From a bacterium (GTDB lineage: Bacteria; Pseudomonadota; Alphaproteobacteria; Rs-D84; CACZYB01): a DNA stretch of 61,345 nt. Positions within the stretch are counted from its first letter, which is position 1. Each line of letters starts with the position of its first letter. The DNA lies in assembly GCA_014803575.1 (NCBI GenBank), contig JAAVBO010000009.1:1-61345 (forward strand). The letters run 5' to 3'. The notes under the pieces are model-generated. The model was not told the DNA's origin and did not search any database. It saw only the letters and a program-made list of their open reading frames with translations. This document shows positions 38,040 through 46,581 of this stretch, piece after piece. A program made the translations under genes and the position numbers.

Positions 38040-38297
38040 ATGAACAAGCAATACATGCTAGCTATAATAAAAATACGTCTCAAGGACGTTGAGCGTAAAT
38101 ACAGAGCGTGCTTCGACACCAACGGCCCGAGCAAATCTAAGTCTGGAGCTACTGTAAACAGGAGCAGATGCATGAAAGAGATAAGGACACTGAGGCTGAT
38201 AGAGCATCTTATATTGAGATGCCCTGACACATTGACAATAGACAATGAAGAGCTGTGCAAAGCGTTCGACCAGTTGACAGAACCAGGGAGGAAATAA
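38040..38297 (+). CDS. hypothetical early protein, 85 aa
   Basis: GTGAGG RBS. Confidence 0.55.
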   Translation: MNKQYMLAIIKIRLKDVERKYRACFDTNGPSKSKSGATVNRSRCMKEIRTLRLIEHLILRCPDTLTIDNEELCKAFDQLTEPGRK

Positions 38298-38307
38298 AGG
38301 TAAAACT

Positions 38308-38658
38308 ATGAGGATAAAGCAGAAAGTTCTGATGAACAAGAAAGCTATTAAATGCTACACTCGCAGAGTGAACGGCATACTGACTGCTGTTTATCTATAT
38401 TATTTAGGCGGCAAGTTCTACGTAAATATAGTGAGCGTTACAGATGATAAGATAATCAGGCAATGCTATAATATTAGCAAGGAGATGTTCGACATATACA
38501 TGCTTGGCGATGACACAGAAAAACAGAGCAAACTAATTGCTAAAGGAGGCAGGATATACAGGGCGTTTGATAAGAAGAAATCCAGGTATAAATTCTGGAC
38601 GATGCGCAATGAATATAAGTTAAAAAAGGAGGCTAGAGATGTTCGAAAACGAAGCTGA
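38308..38658 (+). CDS. hypothetical basic protein, 116 aa
   Basis: Weak AAAGG RBS. K/R-rich. Confidence 0.5.
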   Translation: MRIKQKVLMNKKAIKCYTRRVNGILTAVYLYYLGGKFYVNIVSVTDDKIIRQCYNISKEMFDIYMLGDDTEKQSKLIAKGGRIYRAFDKKKSRYKFWTMRNEYKLKKEARDVRKRS

Positions 38659-39247
38659 ATTTAGCAAATGGGTCATCGACAAATTCAAACAATGCCAGTT
38701 CGATGTGACTAGGATTGAGAGCCATGGGACATGCAACGGAATACCTGACATGTACGTCCAGGGGTTCAGACAAGACTGGTTCATTGAGCTTAAGTGCGAC
38801 AAAAAAGCTAGCATACTAGACGACAGCATCATAGTTAAGTGGAGGCCTGGACAGCAAGCATGGGCTAAGAGATATTTCCTTAACCATTGCCACAAAGCTG
38901 AGCTGACTATGGTAGCGTGTGAAGACGGAATAATCTTCGTGCCGATGCATATGTGGTATGGTGAAAACACAGTAAACGAAGTGCAAGGAGTTCCATATAA
39001 AGCGGTGGACATGTTCACATTGCCAAGGCTCGTGCACGCAGCATGTAATGTCTACACTCACTTTGATACTTATGAAGAAGCTGTAATGTACATGCTTGAA
39101 GACTGCAAGGTTACGAATTTAGAGTTTGATATGCTGCATGCTGATGAGCTGCTGGACTTAGACGTCAACGCTACTTTTGACAGCCTGACGTTTAATAATA
39201 TGAAGATGGACGTGTTCCACACTATGTTTAACGCGTCATGTAATTAA
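38639..39247 (+). CDS. PD-(D/E)XK (VRR-NUC-like) nuclease, 202 aa
   Basis: AAGGAGG RBS. GIPDMYV...DWFIELKCDKK supplies the D...E-x-K signature in the expected order. Confidence 0.55.
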   Translation: MFENEAEFSKWVIDKFKQCQFDVTRIESHGTCNGIPDMYVQGFRQDWFIELKCDKKASILDDSIIVKWRPGQQAWAKRYFLNHCHKAELTMVACEDGIIFVPMHMWYGENTVNEVQGVPYKAVDMFTLPRLVHAACNVYTHFDTYEEAVMYMLEDCKVTNLEFDMLHADELLDLDVNATFDSLTFNNMKMDVFHTMFNASCN

Positions 39248-39257
39248 GGAGGATTAT

Positions 39258-39518
39258 ATGACTATAAGTGAGTATGAAAAAGCGAAAGAGATTATACAGA
39301 ATATTGAAACAAGTGATTTGAGTATCAATAAGTTTAATAGGTTTGTTAGACTAATACCAGATAATGCGGAAATAAAAATAGAATTAAAGTGTGGCGATTC
39401 AATAGATATTGGCTGTGTATGTATACAAAATTGTTATTGCAAGGATTTTTTAACAAGCTTAGGGCAGCTACTGCAAAAACAATATGATGATAATAAGCAA
39501 GAGCTCGTGGACTTATAA
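39258..39518 (+). CDS. hypothetical protein, 86 aa
   Basis: AAGGAGGA RBS. Confidence 0.6.
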   Translation: MTISEYEKAKEIIQNIETSDLSINKFNRFVRLIPDNAEIKIELKCGDSIDIGCVCIQNCYCKDFLTSLGQLLQKQYDDNKQELVDL

Positions 39519-39573
39519 AGCAAGTATATGAACAACAACAACACAAAGTGTGTAGCGTAATCTAACACATGCT

Positions 39574-39690
39574 TACTGTGAATATACAAAAAAATTTATT
39601 AGCTAATCAATTCTTAACTTTGGATTTAAAAAATTTTTTAAACTCAAGTTGAAAATTGAAATTGAAAATTAAAAATTGTATATTTACAGT
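39574..39690. repeat. inverted repeat pair flanking an AT-rich core
   Basis: ACTGTGAATATACAA (39574..39588) and its near-complement TTGTATATTTACAGT (39676..39690). A similar pair lies at 34044..34056 and 34144..34156. Confidence 0.7.
39598..39607. promoter_or_regulatory. eighth ATTAGCTAAT copy with no -10 at the standard distance
   Basis: Sits between two inverted 13-mer promoter-like elements (39577..39589 and 39676..39688). Confidence 0.4.
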
Positions 39691-39710
39691 CAAGCTGTTA
39701 GTGTTACGTT
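39676..39710 (+). promoter_or_regulatory. 13-mer TTGTATATTTACA-16-TACGTT promoter-like element
   Basis: TTTACA at 39683..39688 and TACGTT at 39705..39710. Precedes the SD-led mini-ORF. Confidence 0.35.
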
Positions 39711-39728
39711 GTTAAATGGAGGTTATAA

Positions 39729-39770
39729 ATGAACATAGAATTGGCTCCGTCAAATTTCCTTCTATTATAA
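39729..39770 (+). CDS. 13-codon mini-ORF (possible leader peptide)
   Basis: Near-perfect SD (TGGAGGT) 7 nt upstream of ATG. Encodes MNIELAPSNFLLL. Lies between a promoter-like 13-mer and the TTAG(C/T)TAA box array. Confidence 0.25.
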   Translation: MNIELAPSNFLLL

Positions 39771-39798
39771 CGGAATTTTGGCGGAATTTTTTATTGGT

Positions 39799-39887
39799 TT
39801 AGCTAAATTTATTCATTAAATTTAGTTAATTTATTCATTAAATTTAGTTAATTTATTCGCCGGTTTTAGCTATATTTATTAGCTAAT
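39799..39887. repeat. phased array of five TTAG(C/T)TA(A/T) boxes
   Basis: Boxes start at 39799, 39822, 39844, 39866 and 39879, giving spacings of 23, 22, 22 and 13 nt. The last is the core of ATTAGCTAAT. Confidence 0.75.
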
Positions 39888-39919
39888 TTATTAAATTATT
39901 ATAGTTTATGCTGTATAAT
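39878..39919 (+). promoter_or_regulatory. ATTAGCTAAT-N26-TATAAT promoter-like element
   Basis: Palindrome at 39878..39887 and TATAAT at 39914..39919. Upstream of 39973..40500. Confidence 0.6.
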
Positions 39920-39972
39920 TTCAACATAAACAAAATGAAAGCAAACGAAATATGTTTGCAAGGAGAAATATT

Positions 39973-40500
39973 ATGGAAAAAGTTAATGGAACAGTTGGCG
40001 CTGCAGGCATAACGCCTGTACAGGACAAAGTTAATGGAACAGTTGGCGCTGCAGGCATAACGCCTGTACAGGACAACGCACGGGTTGCAGAGAAAGCTGC
40101 TGAGTTGAAGGCGAAGAAAAGCGCTGCTGCAAAAGCATGGAAAGAGAGAAAGAACAACGAAGCTGCTGAACGAAAAAAGACTGCTGCTGAACTTATCAAG
40201 TATCTTGCTGACAAGAAGGTTCAGCTGCCTGAAACATTCAGCAAGCTCTTGAATGACATTGCTAATCCATCTAGCCGTTCAAGTGGAACTGGTTCGAGCC
40301 CATTGTTCGAAAAGCTCTTTGGCTCTGCTCCAAAGGTCGGAGACAAAGTTACGCTTCTTGAAGTGTTCCAGAAGTCTTACAAATCTAAGGCTGAAATCGA
40401 CAGGTATGTAAAGATTTGGGCAGAGAAAGGTACAGTTGTTACCTTCAAGCCTAAAGCTAACATGCTGGAGTCGACTTATGTTATTGAGAAAATAGCGTAG
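39973..40500 (+). CDS. Lys/Ala-rich protein with exact 16-aa tandem duplication, 175 aa
   Basis: AAGGAGA 6 nt upstream of ATG at 39973. KVNGTVGAAGITPVQD occurs twice. Has its own promoter region and its own terminator (40534..40572). Confidence 0.65.
   Translation: MEKVNGTVGAAGITPVQDKVNGTVGAAGITPVQDNARVAEKAAELKAKKSAAAKAWKERKNNEAAERKKTAAELIKYLADKKVQLPETFSKLLNDIANPSSRSSGTGSSPLFEKLFGSAPKVGDKVTLLEVFQKSYKSKAEIDRYVKIWAEKGTVVTFKPKANMLESTYVIEKIA
39979..40074 (+). repeat. perfect 48-bp tandem duplication inside a CDS
   Basis: 39979..40026 is identical to 40027..40074. Confidence 0.9.
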
Positions 40501-40533
40501 TTTAACTGCGTCTATTTTATTTTCTTCCCACTT

Positions 40534-40572
40534 GTGGAGCTATTACTTAACTAGTAATAGCTCCACTTTTAT
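40534..40572 (+). terminator. rho-independent terminator
   Basis: GTGGAGCTATTAC pairs with GTAATAGCTCCAC in a 13-bp stem, followed by TTTTATTAT. Lies directly after 39973..40500. Confidence 0.8.
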
Positions 40573-40585
40573 TATGTGTTTATTT

Positions 40586-40626
40586 ATTAGCTAATAACTG
40601 CATTTTTAATTGCTGCAGTGTAAAAT
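40586..40626 (+). promoter_or_regulatory. ATTAGCTAAT-N25-TAAAAT promoter-like element
   Basis: Palindrome at 40586..40595 and TAAAAT at 40621..40626. Lies just after terminator 40534..40572 and upstream of 40643. Confidence 0.6.
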
Positions 40627-40642
40627 ATATCAAGAGGATTAT

Positions 40643-41398
40643 ATGAAAGACAATGAGATAAGGCTTGTGCATCGTGAGGAAACGTTCAATGACCTAGCAG
40701 TGCGTGAGCTAGCTCGAGGACGCTCAGCTTGTATATGCAGGTTGCAGTTTGGGGCGTGCAAGAAAGCAGAGTGCAAGGCTTGCGAGATAAGCCGTAACTA
40801 TAGTACATGCTATAAAAACTTGAACGAGTACGATAGAGAGCGGCTAGTTACGTACGTGAGTGATTGCTATGTAGAAGACTCATTGACGCCGGAAAGATGG
40901 ATGAGCTACCGTAGTCTTAAGGTGCACTTGTTAAAGTGGATAGTTCTTATTTTCCTATGCTTGGCTTTTATATTCGTGCCGCTGGTTATGTTAGCGCCAG
41001 GAAATATGCCTGGTGACATGCCAAAATCTACTATAGAAGTTTCTGATAACACGCATAAGCGTATTGTTATAACAAAGAAGCTGGTTGATAAGAATATAAA
41101 AGATATAAATGGAGATGGTTCGGTTAACTGCCAGGACTATGCTATAATATTCAAGCTTATATGGGATGACGTGTTTCCTAACTATAAAAGTGACTGCATT
41201 ATAATAAGGAATAGGAGCGTGTTCATGCACCATTTATTTAATGGAGTGTATGATAGAAGTGACTTAGTATTTGTAGAGCCATGGGCTAGCGACCCATATA
41301 ATTATTTGATGTGTGATAATTGGAGCTATAAATGGAATCCAAGGTATAATATCTATGATGAGACAGAAATGTGGTTGGAGAAGGTGCAATATGAGTAA
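40643..41398 (+). CDS. Cys-rich membrane protein, 251 aa
   Basis: AGAGGA RBS. One TM helix (WIVLIFLCLAFIFVPLVMLA). Also has an EF-hand- or dockerin-like loop DINGDGSVNCQDY. Confidence 0.6.
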   Translation: MKDNEIRLVHREETFNDLAVRELARGRSACICRLQFGACKKAECKACEISRNYSTCYKNLNEYDRERLVTYVSDCYVEDSLTPERWMSYRSLKVHLLKWIVLIFLCLAFIFVPLVMLAPGNMPGDMPKSTIEVSDNTHKRIVITKKLVDKNIKDINGDGSVNCQDYAIIFKLIWDDVFPNYKSDCIIIRNRSVFMHHLFNGVYDRSDLVFVEPWASDPYNYLMCDNWSYKWNPRYNIYDETEMWLEKVQYE

Positions 41399-41609
41399 TC
41401 GAAACAAGAACGGCAGTTGGAACTGTAAAAATAACTATGGTTACAAGAAGCCGTTCTCCAATTTAGCTGCTGCTATATTGGAGTATGCTGAGAGGGACAA
41501 CGACGTCAGGTTCTTTAAGAGTAATTGGTGTGAATGTCTTAGAATGATGTGCAGGCTAGATAGCAAGATGTATGACCAGAAAAATACAGACTATCTAGAG
41601 ATATATTAA
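41391..41609 (+). CDS. hypothetical protein, 72 aa
   Basis: GGAGAAGG upstream of ATG at 41391. Overlaps the previous stop by 8 nt. Confidence 0.5.
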   Translation: MSNRNKNGSWNCKNNYGYKKPFSNLAAAILEYAERDNDVRFFKSNWCECLRMMCRLDSKMYDQKNTDYLEIY

Positions 41610-41618
41610 GGAGGTTTT

Positions 41619-42206
41619 ATGATTAAGCTGAAGCCATTCATAAATACTGCTAGAGTGTGGGCTGAAAACAGCAGTTGCGCTAGGCTTAAGGTTGGCGCGT
41701 GTATAATAAACATGGAGACTAGGCGCTTGTTGAGCATAGGCTATAATGGAACGATTAGCGGCATGTACAATTGCAATAACATATTCGTTAAAAATGGTGA
41801 AGATTATTATGTATCTAAGGATATACTTAAATATATGGAAGTTGATTTGCCTTTTGAGCGTGACGGCTTTGCTCATATTGACAGGGATAACTGGCTGAGG
41901 CACCATCACTTGTTTAGCGATAAGCTTGAAGTGCATGCTGAGCAGAACGCTATATATAACTTGATTAAGACAGGCGCGTCTTATGATACAGATAACCTTG
42001 CTATTGTTTGCACGCATGCTCCTTGCAGGCAGTGCGCTAAAGCGATAGCTGCTTTAGGAATAAAGTACGTGTTCTATATAAATGAGTATGATAACAACGA
42101 AGAGATTGTAATGAAGTACTTTAACAGTGTAGGCGTTATATGCAGGCAAGTGCAAGATGACTGCGTGTATAATGAAGACGAGGAGGAGGATTTTGAGGAA
42201 GAGTAA
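41619..42206 (+). CDS. dCMP (deoxycytidylate) deaminase, 195 aa
   Basis: AAGGAGG RBS. Zinc-binding motifs VHAEQNAI and PCRQCAKAI of the CDA/dCMP deaminase family. Confidence 0.85.
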   Translation: MIKLKPFINTARVWAENSSCARLKVGACIINMETRRLLSIGYNGTISGMYNCNNIFVKNGEDYYVSKDILKYMEVDLPFERDGFAHIDRDNWLRHHHLFSDKLEVHAEQNAIYNLIKTGASYDTDNLAIVCTHAPCRQCAKAIAALGIKYVFYINEYDNNEEIVMKYFNSVGVICRQVQDDCVYNEDEEEDFEEE

Positions 42207-42513
42207 TGACGGATATCTAGAGAGAAGGTACAAGGTAAAAGGCGAAGAGAAGTACGTGATAAAGCTGAATGAGTTCAGCAATGGAATAGAGACTACTGGC
42301 GGCATTTATAGTGAAGACAATCTTGAAGAAGTTAATGGCGCTTTGAGCATTACATATGATTCAGACCATGCTATTGAGCTGCCAGTTTACTGGAGAAGGA
42401 TGCTGTTTCTTGATGACAATAACAAGAGGCAGGCTATTAAACATATACATTTTAATGAGTCCCCTGCTTATGAAATGGCAGACGGCTCGATGAGCTATGA
42501 GGTGACGTCATGA
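42157..42513 (+). CDS. hypothetical protein, up to 118 aa (start uncertain)
   Basis: Candidate starts are ATG 42157, ATG 42172 and TTG 42193. Only the TTG follows an SD (AGGAGGAGGA). Confidence 0.5.
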   Translation: MTACIMKTRRRILRKSNDGYLERRYKVKGEEKYVIKLNEFSNGIETTGGIYSEDNLEEVNGALSITYDSDHAIELPVYWRRMLFLDDNNKRQAIKHIHFNESPAYEMADGSMSYEVTS

Positions 42514-42650
42514 CGATAAAGCAATGCCCTAAATGTACGTACCCAATGAGGCGCGTTTATTCAGACAAGTATTATAATGTAGTATGCACTAACAAAAATT
42601 GCATGTTCTCTTATAAAAGGAAAAGGAGAGATGCTTATGCCAAACGATGA
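42510..42650 (+). CDS. zinc-ribbon mini-protein, 46 aa
   Basis: ATGA overlap with the previous stop. CPKC...(16 aa)...CTNKNC followed by a basic tail. Confidence 0.4.
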   Translation: MTIKQCPKCTYPMRRVYSDKYYNVVCTNKNCMFSYKRKRRDAYAKR

Positions 42651-43140
42651 GTATCATAATAGCACGGGATATTGGAAAGACCCGTGCAATGACAGAGAAC
42701 TTGCTGTGGAAGAGCCGCGCGTAGTTACATGCAAGTCTGGCGAGCCGTTCACATGGCCGATGATAGCTCTTGCTGATGGTAATGTAGTTAAGCTTAACTC
42801 TAAGCTATGGAACGCAAATGAGAAGCAATGCTATAAGGAGTATAGGAGCGGAGGTAAGAGCAAAAATGCAGATACAAAACAAGATAAGCCTGTTAAAAAC
42901 AAAAATGAAAATAGTATTGTTAATGACGCTAGCCCAAAGAGCTTAGTCAAGTATGACCCGGAGTCTGTGTCTGTTGAAGGGACTTTAGAGACTATAGCTA
43001 AGTGTGACAAGCTATATGGAGTGAGCATTATAGCTGGAATGACTTATGTGCTATGCGGTTCGCATAGTTCTAATACAGTGCATAGTATACCTCGCTCTCT
43101 GATGCCAGATTCAGAGTTTGCTAGGCTTACGGAGACTTAA
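42637..43140 (+). CDS. hypothetical protein, 167 aa (paralogue of 35307..35738)
   Basis: AAGGAGAG lies 7 nt upstream of ATG at 42637 and 1 nt upstream of ATG at 42631. See 35307..35738 for the shared motifs. Confidence 0.6.
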   Translation: MPNDEYHNSTGYWKDPCNDRELAVEEPRVVTCKSGEPFTWPMIALADGNVVKLNSKLWNANEKQCYKEYRSGGKSKNADTKQDKPVKNKNENSIVNDASPKSLVKYDPESVSVEGTLETIAKCDKLYGVSIIAGMTYVLCGSHSSNTVHSIPRSLMPDSEFARLTET

Positions 43141-43141
43141 T

Positions 43142-43297
43142 GTGGAAAGGTTTGAAGTGAAGAACAAATGGAACGGAAATCTGTATGTCGTCAAGTATAC
43201 TGATGATGAGGCTGGAGTCGTGCACCTTATAAGAGATGACGACACAGAGTTTTCTATAAAGTATAGTGACTATGTATTTAACTATAGGAGGATATGA
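43142..43297 (+). CDS. possible small protein, 51 aa
   Basis: GTG start after GGAGA. Fills an otherwise empty 150-nt gap. Encodes VKNKWNGNLYVVKYTDDEAGVVHLIRDD. Confidence 0.3.
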   Translation: MERFEVKNKWNGNLYVVKYTDDEAGVVHLIRDDDTEFSIKYSDYVFNYRRI

Positions 43298-45204
43298 TGC
43301 CGTCAGCTACTGACCATTGCTGTACCTGCTTTTACTATGACAGGGATAAGTGTAACGAAGATAAAGATCATTGGTGCAACTTGCTTGATACGTTTGTAGG
43401 CATGTTTAAGATATGCCCTGGCTGGAAGCAGAGGGAGTATTCAGCGGAAGAGATTGCGGAAAGGGAGAGGCTGCTTGCTTTGTATAATGTTAATAGTGTT
43501 AACAATAGTAATGTTAAAAATACAAGTAAAATTAGCAAGCAGAAAACTAAGCTAGTTGAAAGGGAATTAGAGCGAGATGATACTGTAAAATTGTTCAAGC
43601 ATCAGGTGGAAGCTAGGGAGAAGTTTAAATGCTTAGATGAGATAGCTTTGTTCTTTGAGATGGGTTGCGGAAAGACTCTTACAAGCATGATGATTATGTG
43701 CGATAAGTTCAAAGAGAAAAAGATAGATAGCTTGCTCATTGTAGCGCCTAATGACGTGCACAAGCAGTGGTTTGATGATTTGTGTGATGATGATAGCGTC
43801 TTGTCTAAAGCTATAGCTCAAGAAGAAGTTGAGTGTGATGGTCAGATTATAGGCGGACGTGGAGGACAGAAAGAGCTGTACGAGTTTGACTATGATAATA
43901 ATAAGCTGCACATTGTTTGCGTTAACATTGACACGTTCTCGACGCCGAGCAAGTGGAAGCCTATAGTTGAGTGGGCTAATGAGCATAACACTGCTATAAT
44001 ACTTGATGAAGCTACAGTGATAAAGAATCATAAGAGCATGAGGAGTCAGAGAATGCTATATGAATTCAATGACGTCAAGAGGAGAGGCAGAAACACTATA
44101 CTTAGCTCTACAAAGAAGCATCCAGTAAGAGTTGTATTGACTGGAACTCCAGTAACTAATGGCCCAATAGATTTGTGGGCCATAATGGAGTTTGTTAGGC
44201 CTAACTATTTTAAGCGTAATTACTATAGCTTCACAAACTACTATGGCATGCACACGCAGCTGACTGCTCAAGATAGGGTTGTAAACGTGCTGCTTAACGA
44301 GAAGACATGGAGAGGCATAAAAAACTGTTATGACTTTGCAGAAGCACATTCTATCTTTGGCTGCTCTGAAGACACGTATCTTACTGTAATGCACCAAGAC
44401 CATTATTCAGGTCCTTACAAGCATGCTGACGAGCTGAAGATGTTGCTTGAGCCTAATGCTGTATTTGCTAAGTTGGTTGATTGTGCTGACATGCCTGCTG
44501 TCAATTACATAGTTCGCAATATATCTATGTCTAACGCACAAAAGGCTGCCTATAGTAGCATGAAGAAAGATATGCTTGCTGAATTTAATGAGCACGTTTC
44601 TTATGCTAAGAACAAGCTTGTAATGTCTATACGCTTGCAGCAAATATCTTCTGGATTTATTACAGGGCATAGAGAAGTAATGAATGAAGACGAGCCTATG
44701 TGGAGCGATGACGCTTATGATGTTATGCCTGATGAAGTTGTGTGGCTTGATGACACGAATCCTAAGCTTGAAGCGCTGCTGCGTGACATTGATGAGCTTG
44801 ATAAGCCCTTGCTTATATTTACTAGGTTCTCTGCTGAAGCTGCAAAGATATATGATAAAATAAAGGATAACTATAGCACTATGCTTTTCACTGGCTGGAA
44901 GACTACAGGAACTATAGAAGATTTTAAAGTAGGCAAGTATGATATAATAGTAGCTAATGTGAGCAAAATCGCTAGGGGATTTAACTTGCAATGCGCTCAT
45001 ACAACGCTATATTATAGCAATACGTTTAGCATGGAGATAAGGCAGCAGTCAGAATTCAGGACGTTCCGCATGGGCCAGCAGCATCCTTGCACTTATATAG
45101 ACTATATATCTTGTGACATTGATAAGACTATTATTGAAGCTCTTCGCTTGAAGAAAAGCCTGCTAGACTATATAAGGGACAGGGACGCCGGCAGCATTTT
45201 TTAA
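43294..45204 (+). CDS. SNF2-family (SF2) helicase / DNA-dependent ATPase, 636 aa
   Basis: Motif I FEMGCGKTLT. Motif II AIILDEATVIKN. C-terminal RGFNLQ...TLYYSNTFSMEIRQQSEFRTFRMGQ. Cys-rich N-terminal extension. Confidence 0.8.
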   Translation: MMPSATDHCCTCFYYDRDKCNEDKDHWCNLLDTFVGMFKICPGWKQREYSAEEIAERERLLALYNVNSVNNSNVKNTSKISKQKTKLVERELERDDTVKLFKHQVEAREKFKCLDEIALFFEMGCGKTLTSMMIMCDKFKEKKIDSLLIVAPNDVHKQWFDDLCDDDSVLSKAIAQEEVECDGQIIGGRGGQKELYEFDYDNNKLHIVCVNIDTFSTPSKWKPIVEWANEHNTAIILDEATVIKNHKSMRSQRMLYEFNDVKRRGRNTILSSTKKHPVRVVLTGTPVTNGPIDLWAIMEFVRPNYFKRNYYSFTNYYGMHTQLTAQDRVVNVLLNEKTWRGIKNCYDFAEAHSIFGCSEDTYLTVMHQDHYSGPYKHADELKMLLEPNAVFAKLVDCADMPAVNYIVRNISMSNAQKAAYSSMKKDMLAEFNEHVSYAKNKLVMSIRLQQISSGFITGHREVMNEDEPMWSDDAYDVMPDEVVWLDDTNPKLEALLRDIDELDKPLLIFTRFSAEAAKIYDKIKDNYSTMLFTGWKTTGTIEDFKVGKYDIIVANVSKIARGFNLQCAHTTLYYSNTFSMEIRQQSEFRTFRMGQQHPCTYIDYISCDIDKTIIEALRLKKSLLDYIRDRDAGSIF

Positions 45205-45267
45205 TAAATTATTTAATTTATTTCTATATTATATAGAATAATTATATAAATAATTTAATTTAATTCG

Positions 45268-45308
45268 ATTAGCTAATAGTTATTATATTATTTTAAATAT
45301 TATAAAAT
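45268..45308 (+). promoter_or_regulatory. ATTAGCTAAT-N25-TAAAAT promoter-like element
   Basis: Palindrome at 45268..45277 and TAAAAT at 45303..45308. Upstream of 45391. Confidence 0.55.
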
Positions 45309-45390
45309 AACTATATAAATAAATAAATTATTTAATAGTTTATTTTATTTAGTTAATAGTTATATAAATAAATATTTGGAGGTATTTATT

Positions 45391-45705
45391 ATGGGTAGAG
45401 GAAGTGATTTAATGGGCACAATGATGTGCATGAAGTTGCTAGGCAATGATTCTAGTGACATGGACCTTGGCAAGATGTTTTTGTTGCAGCAGATGTCAGA
45501 TGGCGAGCCGCTGCAGATTACAGACGTCGTCAAGTCTAAGATTATAAGCAAGCTAAACTTAGACGCTGATAATGATGACCTGCCTTTGGACAAGCTTATG
45601 TTGCTGCAGATGCTCAATAATAGCGATGAACTGGATATGGCGCAATTGATTCAAATGAAGATGCTTGAAAAGATGTTCGAAGAAGATAGCAGTAAAAAGG
45701 AATAG
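45391..45705 (+). CDS. acidic Met/Leu-rich protein, 104 aa
   Basis: GGAGG 9 nt upstream of ATG at 45391. Repeated (F/M)LLQ(Q)M segments. Confidence 0.55.
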   Translation: MGRGSDLMGTMMCMKLLGNDSSDMDLGKMFLLQQMSDGEPLQITDVVKSKIISKLNLDADNDDLPLDKLMLLQMLNNSDELDMAQLIQMKMLEKMFEEDSSKKE

Positions 45706-45733
45706 CGATAAAGAATAGTTTTGAGAGGCGCGT

Positions 45734-46114
45734 ATGTATTTGAAGATGACTGATGAACTCATGGACATGTTCTTGGAGCATGAAAAGCAAACGAGATATA
45801 CTGAGATGCTTAAGCTGATGAAGCTAATGAAGGGCTATGATGTCCGTGTAATTCCTACATTTGGAGGGTGGCAGCTTGTTTCAAGAGATTTTGATGCAAA
45901 TGACCCTCATTTAAAGGTAGGTTACGCTGTGCAGAGCCATTCTATGTCTGTGTGCGAGGCAAATGAGCTAGAAGTGTCATATAATTTAATGACAAGAGAA
46001 CAGCGCATAGAAAGAGAGAATGAGCATGAAGAATACTTCGGCGTCTTTGACTCTGCAGAAGAAGTCTTTAAAAGGATTAAGAAGTTCTTGATAGAAAACC
46101 ATAGAGAGGATTAG
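45734..46114 (+). CDS. hypothetical protein, 126 aa
   Basis: GAGAGG RBS. Confidence 0.6.
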   Translation: MYLKMTDELMDMFLEHEKQTRYTEMLKLMKLMKGYDVRVIPTFGGWQLVSRDFDANDPHLKVGYAVQSHSMSVCEANELEVSYNLMTREQRIERENEHEEYFGVFDSAEEVFKRIKKFLIENHRED

Positions 46115-46122
46115 GAGGAGAA

Positions 46123-46581
46123 ATGAAAAAAGTTACATTCAAAGACTGGGACGGGAACCAGAGAGAAATGTATGTGTGGAATGATACTTATAAAAAGCCA
46201 TATAAACGTTTTGTAACAGCTATAATTGATTCTCAAAAATATCTTGAGTATAAGAGATTTGATGTTAAATATCCTGTCTTAGCTTTATGTGAAGAAGATG
46301 ATAAAGTACACTGTTACCAACACTGTGCGGATATAGAGAAGCGACTTATGACAAACAGGGAGCTTTCAGATTGGCTCAATGAAGACAGGAGAAGAGAGTA
46401 TTGCATAGATATATGCAGCAGCTCAGCTGTCGTTGAAAAAATATTTAAGTACAAGTTGAGTGAAGAGAATAAACAAGTGCCAAGTAAATTGCGGATAAGA
46501 GAAGGTGGTGGTGATTTTAGTGATTGGAAGCAACCGCTAGTTGATTTGCCTTTAAATATAGGTAAGGAGGAACAGCAATGA
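46123..46581 (+). CDS. hypothetical protein, 152 aa (tandem paralogue A)
   Basis: AGGAGGAG RBS. WDGNQREMYVWND...YQHCADIE...KLRIREGGGDFSDWKQPLV parallels the next gene. Confidence 0.65.
   Translation: MKKVTFKDWDGNQREMYVWNDTYKKPYKRFVTAIIDSQKYLEYKRFDVKYPVLALCEEDDKVHCYQHCADIEKRLMTNRELSDWLNEDRRREYCIDICSSSAVVEKIFKYKLSEENKQVPSKLRIREGGGDFSDWKQPLVDLPLNIGKEEQQ

Noticed and set aside
41102-41140. DINGDGSVNCQDY loop as a dockerin module (cellulosome-type host clue)
   Set aside because: It is a single Ca-binding-like loop without the second repeat segment of a dockerin. That is too little for a domain or host call.
747-45000. Many long antisense or alternative-frame ORFs in the track (for example 747..1235, 17363..18040, 23044..23685, 30662..31276, 36558..37133, 44407..45000)
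   Set aside because: Each lies entirely inside a better-supported gene on the other strand. They lack SD sequences and encode low-complexity or Ser/Leu/Cys-rich shadow-type sequence.
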